DNA from: an uncultured Candidatus Binatia bacterium
Lineage (GTDB): Bacteria > Desulfobacterota > Binatia > UBA9968 > JAJDTQ01
Length of the DNA stretch: 64,000 nucleotides
Direction: 5' to 3'
Assembly (NCBI GenBank): GCA_965213675.1
Contig: CBDCAF010000019.1
Location: 1-64,000, forward strand
Every line of letters starts with the position of its first letter. Positions within the stretch are counted from its first letter, which is position 1. This document shows, piece by piece, positions 55,701 through 64,000 of the stretch. Below the pieces are notes generated by a model, which did not search any database, was not told the origin of the DNA, and saw only the letters and a program-made list of their open reading frames with translations. Made by a program: the position numbers and the translations under genes.

Positions 55701-57669
55701 CCGCACGGTTGCATTCTTTCGCCGCCGCCAACCCGGACGTGATACCCTCCAACCGTATTTGTACCGGGTTCTCCCCGGTGACGGTCCTGTTGGGTACGGG
55801 ACGCCTTACTTCGTTTTCCTCATAACCCGAATCCCGGTCAACGAACGTGCATACGATCTCATCCGCAAGGTTCTCAATGTCATAGGTAATCGACAACGAA
55901 CCCGCCACGATGTTCGCCGGCGTCACAACCGCCGTAACCGGACGATTCGCTTCCTCCCAAATGACACTGTACTTGCCACCGTCAAGCGACACGCGGCCCC
56001 ATCCCGCTTGCGCTATCAGTGCGGCAACCTGATCTTCGTCCCGGCCATCCTCAAGGACTATGTTGAATTCCAACCCCTGATCCGTGCAATGTTCCGCGAA
56101 CTCGCGAACCTTTGGAATGTCTATCAGCGTGTCCGGCAGACCATAGCCGAACGCTATGCCGCCATACACAACATCACCCAAGGAATAGGTTGTGCCCGTT
56201 GCCCATTTGGATTTCGTTTCGGGCGCGGCACCTACCATCTTCACCCAATAGGTTTGATCGTAGTCCCGTCGCGGATCATGTCCCGCGTTGCTATTCCCCT
56301 TGGACATCCACGAAACGTGCGCACCCCTGTACCACCAAAGCAGGATGTCGCCGGGGTTGCTTGTGTCCTGGTTGGGAACCCACGTTGAACCGTCCCAACT
56401 AGGAATTCTCTGCGACACATGCGCGTTGACTCTATCCAGGCTGCCGGACAACTGCCCCGTCGCACGTATTCGCAACGCAACGGGGTTCCGTCCCGCGTAG
56501 TTCGCCTTCGCGTCCTGGTATGCCTTGAACTGGACAGCCGCCTTGCGCGTCGTGCGGGTATCGTCCTCATCAATGGCCGGGAATCCCATTTCATTCCCGT
56601 CTGCCGTACCCACCCGAATAATCTCCGCCTGAACATCGTATGAGTTGGGTGACAGCATCCGGCTGCGAACAGTCTTACGAACCGGATTGCGACCCTTGCT
56701 TCCCCCCGGCGTGTCAATACGTTCAACTCCCGCCGACACCCATGCCGATGTACCGGCAACGCGATAACGCAACGCATAGTCTATGTAGCGTCCACGCAAC
56801 TTCCCCTTGTCCGATACGTCATACGCTTGCGACACCAAATCCCACGCCACGCGCGTTGTCTTGTCGGCGGTCGTGCGGGTGATGGTTACTGTATCCTCGG
56901 AGAACTCCCCCCCCTCAATTGTATCGACGTTCTCATGTACCAACGTGATACGGGACACCTGCGCCTGTCGTTCGACCTCATCGAACTCTGATAGTAGCGT
57001 CTCCCCGATACGTTCCTGTCCAATAAGGATGTCACCAAGCCCGTAATCAAATATCTGGTTAAGGTACTGTTCGTTGTCACCGTCGAATTCGCTGTACGGT
57101 TGGGATGCAATATCCGGGAACACACGGTGCTGTCCCATGACCAACAGCATCGGATCGTGCCGCCGTACCCGGTTCGATCCACCCGAAAGGGTATACTGCG
57201 GGGCGGGTTGACTCGTTCCTTCAAGTTCCGGCAGGCGAGGCGGGAAAATCACGTTGTAAAGCAGCATCCCCGCAACGCCAAGTCCGGCTGTCAGAATCGA
57301 CGTTCCCAACGCGCCCAAGCCCAACACCGGACCAAGAATGCCACCAACCAACAACGCACCTACCACCACACCAAGCGCACCAAGCGCCCGCGCAATCCCC
57401 CCTTGCGCTATCGCCCGCACCTGCACAACGTCATCCGCGAATACCCGAACCTTTGTCCATTCGGACATCGGAACCATTCGGCCATTCACCGACGCTACCG
57501 CCACCTGTCCACGCAATACCGAATCGTCTATCGCTTCCGCCAAAGACGTGCCGGGATAGCAAGCCACCCACATTCGGCCTTCACTGGAAAGCGGGTGAGG
57601 CCAGACATCTATTGTTGCAAACATCGGCACATCAACCCTAAGTGCCGATGTTTGTTCAATCAGTTCCAA
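49765..57669 (-). CDS. tail tip / host specificity protein (gpI-like plus gpJ-like) with repeat, CBM-like and FN3 extensions
   Basis: N-terminal ubiquitin-like domain and TM; G.HRVFP, TSNP, FVDRDSGYE; 11 W[ST]D[DN]P repeats; FN3 domains. Confidence 0.85.
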   Translation of the reverse strand: MELIEQTSALRVDVPMFATIDVWPHPLSSEGRMWVACYPGTSLAEAIDDSVLRGQVAVASVNGRMVPMSEWTKVRVFADDVVQVRAIAQGGIARALGALGVVVGALLVGGILGPVLGLGALGTSILTAGLGVAGMLLYNVIFPPRLPELEGTSQPAPQYTLSGGSNRVRRHDPMLLVMGQHRVFPDIASQPYSEFDGDNEQYLNQIFDYGLGDILIGQERIGETLLSEFDEVERQAQVSRITLVHENVDTIEGGEFSEDTVTITRTTADKTTRVAWDLVSQAYDVSDKGKLRGRYIDYALRYRVAGTSAWVSAGVERIDTPGGSKGRNPVRKTVRSRMLSPNSYDVQAEIIRVGTADGNEMGFPAIDEDDTRTTRKAAVQFKAYQDAKANYAGRNPVALRIRATGQLSGSLDRVNAHVSQRIPSWDGSTWVPNQDTSNPGDILLWWYRGAHVSWMSKGNSNAGHDPRRDYDQTYWVKMVGAAPETKSKWATGTTYSLGDVVYGGIAFGYGLPDTLIDIPKVREFAEHCTDQGLEFNIVLEDGRDEDQVAALIAQAGWGRVSLDGGKYSVIWEEANRPVTAVVTPANIVAGSLSITYDIENLADEIVCTFVDRDSGYEENEVRRPVPNRTVTGENPVQIRLEGITSGLAAAKECNRAAAANFFHLRAVQWEMTEEGFAGIGVGDVVGMANGLLGKSVGGRLFAISSDRQTLTPTFDAQYEQGTAWVTVPGTLRTVHSSAFTRMGSDVVLADAMPDVAERVVDTPYDYRIQLFPSGTVNEKVRVTQIESTGGGRYRFTARDEHEGYYDARTSDLAHELIDPRVPAFMEPLAGFAATIGDGGIRRFTWEDRDGAAGYELRYGTSGSAFTAMTRLHGGLLTASPYETEDLPPEGTFDVGVVAFSNRFGRTTPAYLRDVEFPAFGQVLAFDYRGMWNATDDFFVNDLVTHRHVVWLALADSTGVEPGTDDDVWVLFTDSSVFEIIFTRTEMRTVPATPTSVDEDDNVPDGWTDDPVGPDGTKPFEWLSMRFREGLTWGAWSAPALWAETGQDGATQEWIYQRTANNTAPGTPTSVNTDDHVPTGWTDDPAGPTSVLPFEWVATRRKPLGRNASWGNWSVPKLWTELGRDGASQEWIYRRTTMQVTPDTPTSVNTDDHIPLNWTDDPAGPTVSLPFEWVTTRRRGQGHNPPWGNWSVPKLWSVYGGFSFEGTWNNGTTYNRNDVVRHKLKLWVSLVDNNTVEPGTDSSRWAMVTEDGKGGPEFIFRRTTTNTKPAAPNTTATEDATPDHVPTGWSDDPAGVDSTNKFEWASLRLSSGPGSYAKFGTPALWARYGEDGAGQEFVFRRTTGTKPDAPTTSEAEDGRNDVVPDGWTDNPTGPDEANSHEWVSERKFNRGGTTWGKFGTPALWARFSIALGFRYRGRWSSTVTYTDRDLVFWRNAVWKSEVNDNLNNTPGTDSTKWVLFADGANFEIIFQRTATSTAPSTPTSVNADDAVPAGWSDDPVGPNATNPFEWVSLRYRLGETWGNWSAPKLWSTLGRDGAVQEWIYRRTATNTAPSAPASENVDDAIPVGWSDDPTGPNATNPFEWVSTRRRATGHNARWGSWSTPRLWTELGSDGSSQEWIYRRTATDTALTAPASVNTDDHVPTSWTDDPTGVDADTPFEWVATRRRAAGIAQTWGNWSVPKLWAVYGQGNDGAGIEFIFQRTATNARPDKPDSSADQMAMNNYVPTGWSDDPAGPDSTNKFEWVAKRTRTQGGTAWSDFSTPQLWTRFAEDGASQEWIYRRTTANTAPGTPTSVNTDDHVPTGWSDDPAGPDGTNRFEWVSTRRRASGASTWGNWSAPKLWSVFAEDGVAEEFIYRRTTTDTKPSAPATSTAQKNARDHVPTGWTDDPTGVDASNRWEWVAVRKKGTTTLYGDFGTPALWATFSLGTEWHNIASGPPSNSLGGVGDFAIVTGTGTTQGNVYEKTGVATWTFRINLNGLDGTNAWLTGDTVPTGSIGTDGQFFFLEGSGETAGSVYQKQSGTWVKIIDIDQGGAGSVWHSGSGRPAADLGEVGDFYFRTDNGYVYRRETGDQLADYGEPSGPTDPPPQPPQPPSGAPTLSVGTITAPTTSGGTGTVVLSWTNVGSGSYELQYSAQSDFSSGVNVSSASTRSRTISRVSGTWYARVRLGTGTWSATVTITIPAFSGDPPPVGTFDETTAPANAPTVSTIGSTSISGTITAVTGATGYTVYASTNEIYSTNDPHVDVTGTSWEITGLTAETAYNVVYEATDGTDTTPVSPAETVTTMAAAVVIPTPIGMDVLSTGVLRVNTTTDNWFAEFQYDDNAGFSSPSSLYDNTEGVGHTATIPLADRTGTVYARARFTTAANGGGDQGPWSAADSYAFTADPPPVTALADPDTAPPVTGRTADTLSGTFSALAGADGYRVYASTNNVISDSDSFVDVTSGTAWSISGLSADTTYYVAYVGWQGTTYAARTDRSDDSPQTTTSTTAADPPPDTGFDITWSDPSAQVLSNQVNYFEDSPNIGAAFSRHNEAWRVWAVSLTNEDHASSNEASVFLENADGTSFSATEGPLATILPDLMLTVTRGSNSVTLTGVPIGDRTNLTFTDAGSTIDTIVDSIIAGGEDGATFRLQYTPSA

Positions 57670-58037
57670 CGATAGAATCCCTCAATAGTCAGATGTAGCC
57701 GCTTCAAGTCACGTACCCGCGTCAAGATGCTACCCGTACCCTTGACACTATGGAGCACTGACTCATACTCATTCACGTAAAGACCAATGTGCGAACCCCG
57801 GAGAACGCTGTTGCCAACTACGCCCATCAAGACCCCATCAAGGTCCTGAACGGCGGACACGGGATAAGCAACATCCCTTGCCATGTCCTTGACCCGTTCA
57901 ACCGGCGAACGCAACCATTCCATTTCAGTCGGCAGCGGAACAACCTTGCCTATTTCCTGTTCCAATACATGCCGAACAAACCATACACAATCATGTTCCG
58001 CGTCATAGGGAATACCTACCCACTTCATACTCCACAT
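57660..58037 (-). CDS. NlpC/P60 tail assembly protein (gpK-like)
   Basis: WVGIPY..DCVWFV..HIGLY..VLHS..IEGFYRW. Confidence 0.85.
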   Translation of the reverse strand: MWSMKWVGIPYDAEHDCVWFVRHVLEQEIGKVVPLPTEMEWLRSPVERVKDMARDVAYPVSAVQDLDGVLMGVVGNSVLRGSHIGLYVNEYESVLHSVKGTGSILTRVRDLKRLHLTIEGFYRWN

Positions 58038-59584
58038 CAAAACAACCCCGGCGATTCGACCGGCGTATGTCGCAACTTGACCCCGGAACGCCTCCGTCCT
58101 GACCGTCCTACCAGTTTGATTTGCACAACGTCCTCCACCACCTTCGTTGTTCCAACAGCCAAACCCGGAACCCGCCATACCACCGTACTCTCATCTTCGC
58201 TTGCATGTGGCGGAATGACCTTCATAAGCGTCATTATAGCCCCGGACCCACCCTGTGTTTCCTCCAAAACGTCCATCAATGCCTCGCCCACATTGTCAAC
58301 CTCAATAGTAGCTTCCGGGATTTCCCCCGTTGCCTGTTGTGGTTCAACTGCACCAAAGGCTACCGGCTGATACGTGTCGCCTTCAATCACATGCTCAACC
58401 ACATCCGCCACAATCCTAACCGGCGATGTCAAATCATCATGTTCGATTATCATGGCAAACAACGGGTTCTCGCCACCCAAACCACGCGCATCAACCCTAT
58501 GCCTTATTTCCGGGTCCGGCGGCAGTTGACCAATGAACAAACGCGAACCGCCAATGCCCTCGCCCTGCAACAACGCACTTAGCAGCCGCGCATGTGGACG
58601 CCATTCTTCGGGAACACTCCAATCGGTTGCCCGCCAAAACACGGGACCAGCCGTGTATATCAATTCCCGTTGCGACCGCCACACGCTCATTGTCGCCGTA
58701 GCCGCCAACACCGTCCGTGTCCACCCGCTAGGCAGGTGGTTCTCATTCGTAGTGCCGCCGGTCGGCTGGCCGGGACCGATCAAGTCTCCCAGGATATAGA
58801 TGTATTCAGTTGTGGTTGTCGTGTTATCAAGCCGCAACACGCTGGTTGCAAGGCCCGTAGCCGACATCAATGCCGAAAGGAGAACGTCGCCGGGTGCTGC
58901 TACTTCAGGATGGGATATGCCAAGACCGGCACCTGTAACAGTCGCTTCAAGTCTAACGTCAACAGGTTGAACAAGCGACAACTGGCTTTCGCCCAAGCCC
59001 GCACCTGTCGCCGTGACTTCCATAAACACGGGTTGCGCAACGGACAAGTCGGACGTGGAAATGCCAACGCCCGCGAACAACCCCTGCATTCGCACGTCGC
59101 CGGGATGTACGACATTGAACAATGACGTACCAAGGCCAGCCCCACTAAATGTGCCCTCAAGAAGTGTATCAACCGACGCTTCGATTCGCAGGACGTAATC
59201 AGTCTCATTGCCCTGATCCGCCAACCACCGGGACCATACGGCGTTAACGGAACCCAATCTTGGCCGTGGCAACGTATAGTTCGCAGACGACCCCCCTGTT
59301 CCAACGCACTCAAACAGGACAGCTTCCGTACTATCGTTATAGTCCTCGATGATCTGAATAACGCCGGCTGTCTCAACCGCCGTCTTGAAGTCACCCCCAC
59401 TAAGAACCAGAACTATAGTCGAACTACTAACTACAATGCTTACAAGAAGCGCACCCGTCTCGCCGAACTCCCCCAACGGATAGTTCGCTGCGTTCCCGTC
59501 CACCAGCGGCCGGGTGACGAATCCCGCGCCACCCGGCACCGATGTAAGCCGTCCAACATTTAGACCTATGACTTGTTCGGCCAT
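58037..59584 (-). CDS. DUF1833 / gpL-like tail protein with N-terminal repeat extension
   Basis: C-terminal IEHDDL..PVRIV..YQPVAF..EIPEATIEVDNV..PGLF. Confidence 0.75.
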   Translation of the reverse strand: MAEQVIGLNVGRLTSVPGGAGFVTRPLVDGNAANYPLGEFGETGALLVSIVVSSSTIVLVLSGGDFKTAVETAGVIQIIEDYNDSTEAVLFECVGTGGSSANYTLPRPRLGSVNAVWSRWLADQGNETDYVLRIEASVDTLLEGTFSGAGLGTSLFNVVHPGDVRMQGLFAGVGISTSDLSVAQPVFMEVTATGAGLGESQLSLVQPVDVRLEATVTGAGLGISHPEVAAPGDVLLSALMSATGLATSVLRLDNTTTTTEYIYILGDLIGPGQPTGGTTNENHLPSGWTRTVLAATATMSVWRSQRELIYTAGPVFWRATDWSVPEEWRPHARLLSALLQGEGIGGSRLFIGQLPPDPEIRHRVDARGLGGENPLFAMIIEHDDLTSPVRIVADVVEHVIEGDTYQPVAFGAVEPQQATGEIPEATIEVDNVGEALMDVLEETQGGSGAIMTLMKVIPPHASEDESTVVWRVPGLAVGTTKVVEDVVQIKLVGRSGRRRSGVKLRHTPVESPGLF

Positions 59585-60369
59585 TACGCATCAACCGTGA
59601 ATCCAATCGTTATCATACTGATCGGAAACGAGATCGTCGCGCCAATACGCGGATCATCGGGGTCATTATCAAAAGCGTCTTTCCAGAGCACTTGAGCCGC
59701 ATCCGTATTCCCGTCCCGCAAGGCCACCCACATCAAGTCCGGCAAGTCAGTTGTCTGTACGCCCCACGATATAACAGCGTTGTTCTGTACCTTGTTTGTC
59801 TCATCGGCAACCGCCGTCCACACGGTGTCAGCTACCTCAACAAAGCCGCCTTGCCTGTTCGACCCGTCCGTGCCGGGGTCCGCACTATGCAGAGAGAGAT
59901 AGCGCGTTCCGCTAACCAACCCCGCCTCGAAAGCCGCCTTTGACCCCATCGCGGTAACGGCACCACCCACCAAGGATAACCGCAATGCGCTGGCGTTAAA
60001 CCCGAATCGAGAACCCAATACAGGCGTTCCCGGATTCCCCGTCAAGTCAGCCTGCCACAACAGCACGGGGTTGTTCGTATCGTCGCTATCGTCCGTTGTC
60101 TCAAACGGCTTATCCCACAAGAACATATCGGTGGGAGACGCGCTGTAATCAGACGATGGATCGGAAAAGTTCATCGCGGCAGTATTCTGCGCAATCCCCG
60201 TGTCGTTACGGGTCCACGCGCTCAACCCACTAACCGCAATACGCGCATACGTTCCGCCGGTGTTCTCCGCGTACTCGGTACTATCGCCCGTGCCAACGCC
60301 GATATACAGCGCACGGTTCAACAGTCCGCCCTTCAATGCGTAAACAGCACCCGGTGTCTTGAGTCCCAT
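59584..60369 (-). CDS. virion tail protein with duplicated domain
   Basis: Two copies of LY[IL]..NxA.I.F..LWD..VLW..G..F. Confidence 0.65.
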   Translation of the reverse strand: MGLKTPGAVYALKGGLLNRALYIGVGTGDSTEYAENTGGTYARIAVSGLSAWTRNDTGIAQNTAAMNFSDPSSDYSASPTDMFLWDKPFETTDDSDDTNNPVLLWQADLTGNPGTPVLGSRFGFNASALRLSLVGGAVTAMGSKAAFEAGLVSGTRYLSLHSADPGTDGSNRQGGFVEVADTVWTAVADETNKVQNNAVISWGVQTTDLPDLMWVALRDGNTDAAQVLWKDAFDNDPDDPRIGATISFPISMITIGFTVDA

Positions 60370-60373
60370 TTCC

Positions 60374-63300
60374 TTATCCCCTTGCCATTTCGCGAACCAC
60401 TTGAGTCAACGGCCCTTTCCGTGACAAGTGTTTCGTAAAAACATCTAGTACAATACCCTCTGGCGTTACGCTGGCCCGCGTTTCAGTTACTTCTTGCGGC
60501 GTACCCTCGTTGTGCAGGTTAACAGTTACCGGCGGGTTCGTGTTGTTTCCGCCTCGTTGTGCCGGTGCCGAACCGCTGCCGCCAACCCCACCACCATGAT
60601 AGCGCGGCAACCGGCTAACCCACGATTCCATTTCCTTGTAGTTCGTGGCCCCAAAGTTCCACCTGTGACGCGGGTCCCGTCTTGTAATGACTTCCTCATC
60701 ATCGAGAATGATGGCAAACCGTTCACGCGCCCGCAATGGCGACTTCACGTTGCGATATTGCGCTTGCGGAAACCCCTGTAGCGGGTGCTTGCCGGAATGT
60801 GCAAGATCGAACCGCCGGAACCCCGGCAAGTGACTGCCTATCCCCCCGGTATGACCTACCCCTACACCCAACCCCGGCAACCCCAATGCACCAAGACCCG
60901 CAAATACCGACCGCAAGATGATCGCACGAAGTATCGCCTGCGCAATCCCCTGGAGCATGTTCTCAATCAATTCCGAAAAGTTCAAGTTGGCCTGCACCAA
61001 GCCCTCGGCCAACCCACTTGAGAACTGATCTATGCTAGACGCGATAGGACCGGAAAAGTGATCCACGAAACTTGCGGAGAACTCACCTATGCCGCCACGG
61101 GCAGACGCCAACACGCCATCAAGCCGTTCCGCCTGGATACGCAACGCTTCCAACGGCGAGATAAACGACGCGGCCCCCGCTTCTTGCAACGCGCCTACTA
61201 GCCGTTCATATTCTTCGCGGAGTCCACGCAAGCGTTCCTGCAATTGAGCCGACGCGTTCGCTTCAGCCTCGGTTGCCCGTATCTCCCGTTCCACTTGCGC
61301 CAAGCGTTCAACTACAGCCGCTATGCCGCCTCGGTCAGCACGGACGGCCTCAAGCTGAAGTTCAACCCGGCGTTCCTGCAATCCCTCAAGCCGGATTTCC
61401 GCCTCCGCACGTCTCCGGGTAGCAGCCGCTAGTGCATCGCTGTAAGCGTTGTTCGCTTCTTGAGCAAGCCGCAAACCTGCCGCTTCCTGTTGAGACGCCG
61501 CCGCCAACTCCCGCGCCTGCCGACCGGCACGTTCCTGCACCAACGTCCGTTCCCGCAAGCCTGCCAACAAGTCCGCCGCACCCGTGTCCGGTTCCGCTTG
61601 AACGGGTTGGCGAGCTTCAGCCAAGCGGTCCAGGGCGCGACGAACTTCAGTCTGTTGTTCGCCGAACTCCGCGCTTCTTGCCGCGACATCCCCAAACCGT
61701 TGCGCCAAGTCCGCAAGCGCCGGGTTCGTTGCCCCCAGGGTCCGCAACAAGCCCGTCAATTCGTCCCGTTGCGCCCGCAACTCCGTCACGGTTCTTTGAG
61801 TACTGATTGCCAGTTCTTGGGAGACTTCAGCATCCCGGCCCGTCTCCCGCGTAGCATCCTCCAGGTGCGCGACAAGCAGGGCTTCCGCCGTCCCTAGTTC
61901 CTCGGTCACGCGGCTAAGGTCTGTCCGCAACCGGATTCGTTCGTCCTCTTGCCGGTTCAGTTCCTCCGCCACGGCCTGTTGACGTGCCGCACCAACCGTA
62001 TCCGCCGGCGTCACCTGCCGTTGCAAAAGGTCCCGTTCTAGCCGTGCCGCTTCCTGTTGCCGTGCCAACAGCGGATCGTCCACCGCGTCACGGGCCGGAA
62101 CAACCCGCGCGTCCGCCAAATCCCGCTGAAACTGCACGGTTTGATCCAGGACCCGGTTGTACTCGACGATGGCCGCTGTCCGCATACGTGTGGCCTGCGC
62201 TTCCTGTGCAGCCACACGCGCCTCGTTCTCGATTGCCGCGACGTAACCCCTTATCACGGGGTCAGACGCGCCATAGACGGCCAGAGAGTCCCTTAAGGCA
62301 CGAATCTGGTTTTGTAGGGTCGCTTCCTGCCGGACAAGCGCGTTAAGTTGGCTTCGTGCGGCTTCCGCCGAACTGTCCGTCGCTTGGTCTACGGCGTCCT
62401 GCGCCCGCAACCGTGCCTCGGTCACGTCCGTCAATTCCGTCTCGGCCTGTTCCAACTCCCGGCCAAGCTGCAACCGTTCCCGCGTCACGTCATTCAGGAC
62501 CGCGAATCGCGCCCGTCCACCGGCGGCGTCTACTTCCCCAAGGTCCGCAATCGCCCGCCGTTGGTCGGCTTCTTCGCGCAAGAGAACCAGCCGGTCACGC
62601 AACTCATTCTGCGCGTCGGCCAAGTCCCTGCGCGGTTCAAAAGCAACAGCCGACGCCGCACGAAATTCCTCAAGTTCCGTTCTGCCTCGTTCGAGCGCAT
62701 TGTGGTATTCCCGTAACGCCCTCTCCGCTTCCGCAAAGTCCGCCGCCTGCCGCTCAAGGGCAGCGTTCGCCGTCTCAAGCCGCATCCGCGCCGATTCAAG
62801 TTCGGGGTTCAGACTGTCTAGCGCCCGCTGGTAATCGAGCAAGCTGACAATAACCGCATCTATCCGTTGGAATTCCTGTTCCAACGCCCGCAACCGTGCG
62901 GGTGCCTCATCATCGTCGCCGCTATCAATATCCTCACGGGCAACGGCAATCTGCCGGGACACAAGCAACTGTTGTTGTTGCGCGTCCAACAATTCCCGTT
63001 GCGTACCTTCTCGCAACCGCGCTACACGTCCGGCAGCCTGTTGTTGCCGTTCGAGTACCGCCGCCTCGGTTTCCGTTAGCCCAATGCGACGTTCCCGGAA
63101 CTCAAGTTCGCGTTCGGATACAATCGCAAGTTCCTCGATGGCACGGATTTCATCGCGGACACTACCCGCCGCCTGTACGTCGCTAATCGGGCTGACTTGG
63201 CTACGTTGCGCCTGTTGTAACTGTTGCGCTTGGTCTGCCCCTCGTTGAAGCGCGGCAGCGGCACGAATCCGAGTCAGCGTTTCATCTTCAATCCGCAACC

Positions 63301-64000
63301 GCTGGTTAGCCGCATCTACCGCCGCTTGGGCCGTTTCTACCGCCCGTTCTTGTGCCGCGACTTGCTTCTCAAGGTTCAACAGTAGCTTGTCAGCTTCCTC
63401 GCGTTCCTTCGATTTGATTTCGAGAAGGCCGGAATTTACAAGGTCCTGTTGCGCATCCCGTTCCGCCGTGGTGGCGTCAAGGGACGCTTGTGCAGCCGCC
63501 AACGCTTCGGCCCGGCGGTCCTGTTCCACCTGAAACGCTCGCCTGACAGCCGCTTCCAGTCGCGCATATTCCGTTGTCGCGCCGGCCACTTCCAGGGAGA
63601 ACTGAACCATCCCCCGCGTTGCTCTGTCGGTTTGACTCGCAAGTGTCGTTTCATAGAACCTCGCAATCTCACTTGCCGCGATAAGGGCTTCCCTGTTGAC
63701 ACTCTCCCGCGCTTCTTGCGCACGGTCCCGTTGTCGGTTCTGTTCCTCGGTCGCAACCGCTTCCTGTTCACGAAGTCCCTGGATATAAACTGCCGTTGCT
63801 TCCCGCTGTTCCCGCAACGCGTCAATCCGGGCTTGGTTCTGTTGACGTTGCGGCGAATCACCCGGTCCACGAAACGTCCGGCGTTCCCGTACTGCTATCT
63901 CCTGGTCCAGGTTGTTCAGTTCAGTTCGAAGAACCCGAATCTGCTGTTGCCGTGCCGTCAACTGTAGGTCGATTTCACCCCGGCCTAGTTGGTCGATTCC
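60374..64000 (-). CDS. tail tape measure protein (5' end outside window)
   Basis: Long A/E/R/Q-rich helical ORF open to the window edge; C-terminal HTGG..RYHGGG..VTVNLHN. Confidence 0.85.
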   Translation of the reverse strand, partial: GIDQLGRGEIDLQLTARQQQIRVLRTELNNLDQEIAVRERRTFRGPGDSPQRQQNQARIDALREQREATAVYIQGLREQEAVATEEQNRQRDRAQEARESVNREALIAASEIARFYETTLASQTDRATRGMVQFSLEVAGATTEYARLEAAVRRAFQVEQDRRAEALAAAQASLDATTAERDAQQDLVNSGLLEIKSKEREEADKLLLNLEKQVAAQERAVETAQAAVDAANQRLRIEDETLTRIRAAAALQRGADQAQQLQQAQRSQVSPISDVQAAGSVRDEIRAIEELAIVSERELEFRERRIGLTETEAAVLERQQQAAGRVARLREGTQRELLDAQQQQLLVSRQIAVAREDIDSGDDDEAPARLRALEQEFQRIDAVIVSLLDYQRALDSLNPELESARMRLETANAALERQAADFAEAERALREYHNALERGRTELEEFRAASAVAFEPRRDLADAQNELRDRLVLLREEADQRRAIADLGEVDAAGGRARFAVLNDVTRERLQLGRELEQAETELTDVTEARLRAQDAVDQATDSSAEAARSQLNALVRQEATLQNQIRALRDSLAVYGASDPVIRGYVAAIENEARVAAQEAQATRMRTAAIVEYNRVLDQTVQFQRDLADARVVPARDAVDDPLLARQQEAARLERDLLQRQVTPADTVGAARQQAVAEELNRQEDERIRLRTDLSRVTEELGTAEALLVAHLEDATRETGRDAEVSQELAISTQRTVTELRAQRDELTGLLRTLGATNPALADLAQRFGDVAARSAEFGEQQTEVRRALDRLAEARQPVQAEPDTGAADLLAGLRERTLVQERAGRQARELAAASQQEAAGLRLAQEANNAYSDALAAATRRRAEAEIRLEGLQERRVELQLEAVRADRGGIAAVVERLAQVEREIRATEAEANASAQLQERLRGLREEYERLVGALQEAGAASFISPLEALRIQAERLDGVLASARGGIGEFSASFVDHFSGPIASSIDQFSSGLAEGLVQANLNFSELIENMLQGIAQAILRAIILRSVFAGLGALGLPGLGVGVGHTGGIGSHLPGFRRFDLAHSGKHPLQGFPQAQYRNVKSPLRARERFAIILDDEEVITRRDPRHRWNFGATNYKEMESWVSRLPRYHGGGVGGSGSAPAQRGGNNTNPPVTVNLHNEGTPQEVTETRASVTPEGIVLDVFTKHLSRKGPLTQVVREMARG

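Noticed and set aside
1-64000. tRNA, rRNA, integrase or att sites
   Set aside because: None recognised by eye; tRNAscan-SE and HMM searches would be needed to exclude them

Overview
The window is most of a tailed dsDNA (HK97/lambda-like siphovirus) phage genome. Its host is probably Gram-negative, judging by a YadA-type anchor protein and spanin-like lipoproteins. It contains terminase, portal, ClpP-like protease, capsid, head-tail adaptors, tape measure (cut by the window end), tail-tip proteins, lysis genes, a RecE/Sak4/SSB recombination operon, a C5 methyltransferase and a Mom-like gene. Two complete IS1595-family elements (958-3913 and 30123-33616) have terminal inverted repeats, perfect 8-bp target duplications and restriction-modification cargo; the second splits the mom-like gene. 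The most striking signal is a solo Cas7/RAMP-like gene (40726-41298) with no CRISPR array or other cas gene. It is embedded in four in-phase arrays of GGY-NN pentamers (fixed GGC/GGT, variable dinucleotide), and two more such arrays lie elsewhere (5151-5225 and 26979-27028). The main locus and the 5151 array have the same TTGACA-N17-TAGGGT promoter. This looks like an RNA-guided system with a non-contiguous code (VIPR-like), sitting opposite cro where a CI repressor normally lies. Other points: a split SF2 helicase, an alternative-frame subunit inside the C5 MTase, an iteron plus DnaA-box candidate origin, and structured repeats between small early genes. All calls come from reading motifs by eye; no database searches were run.
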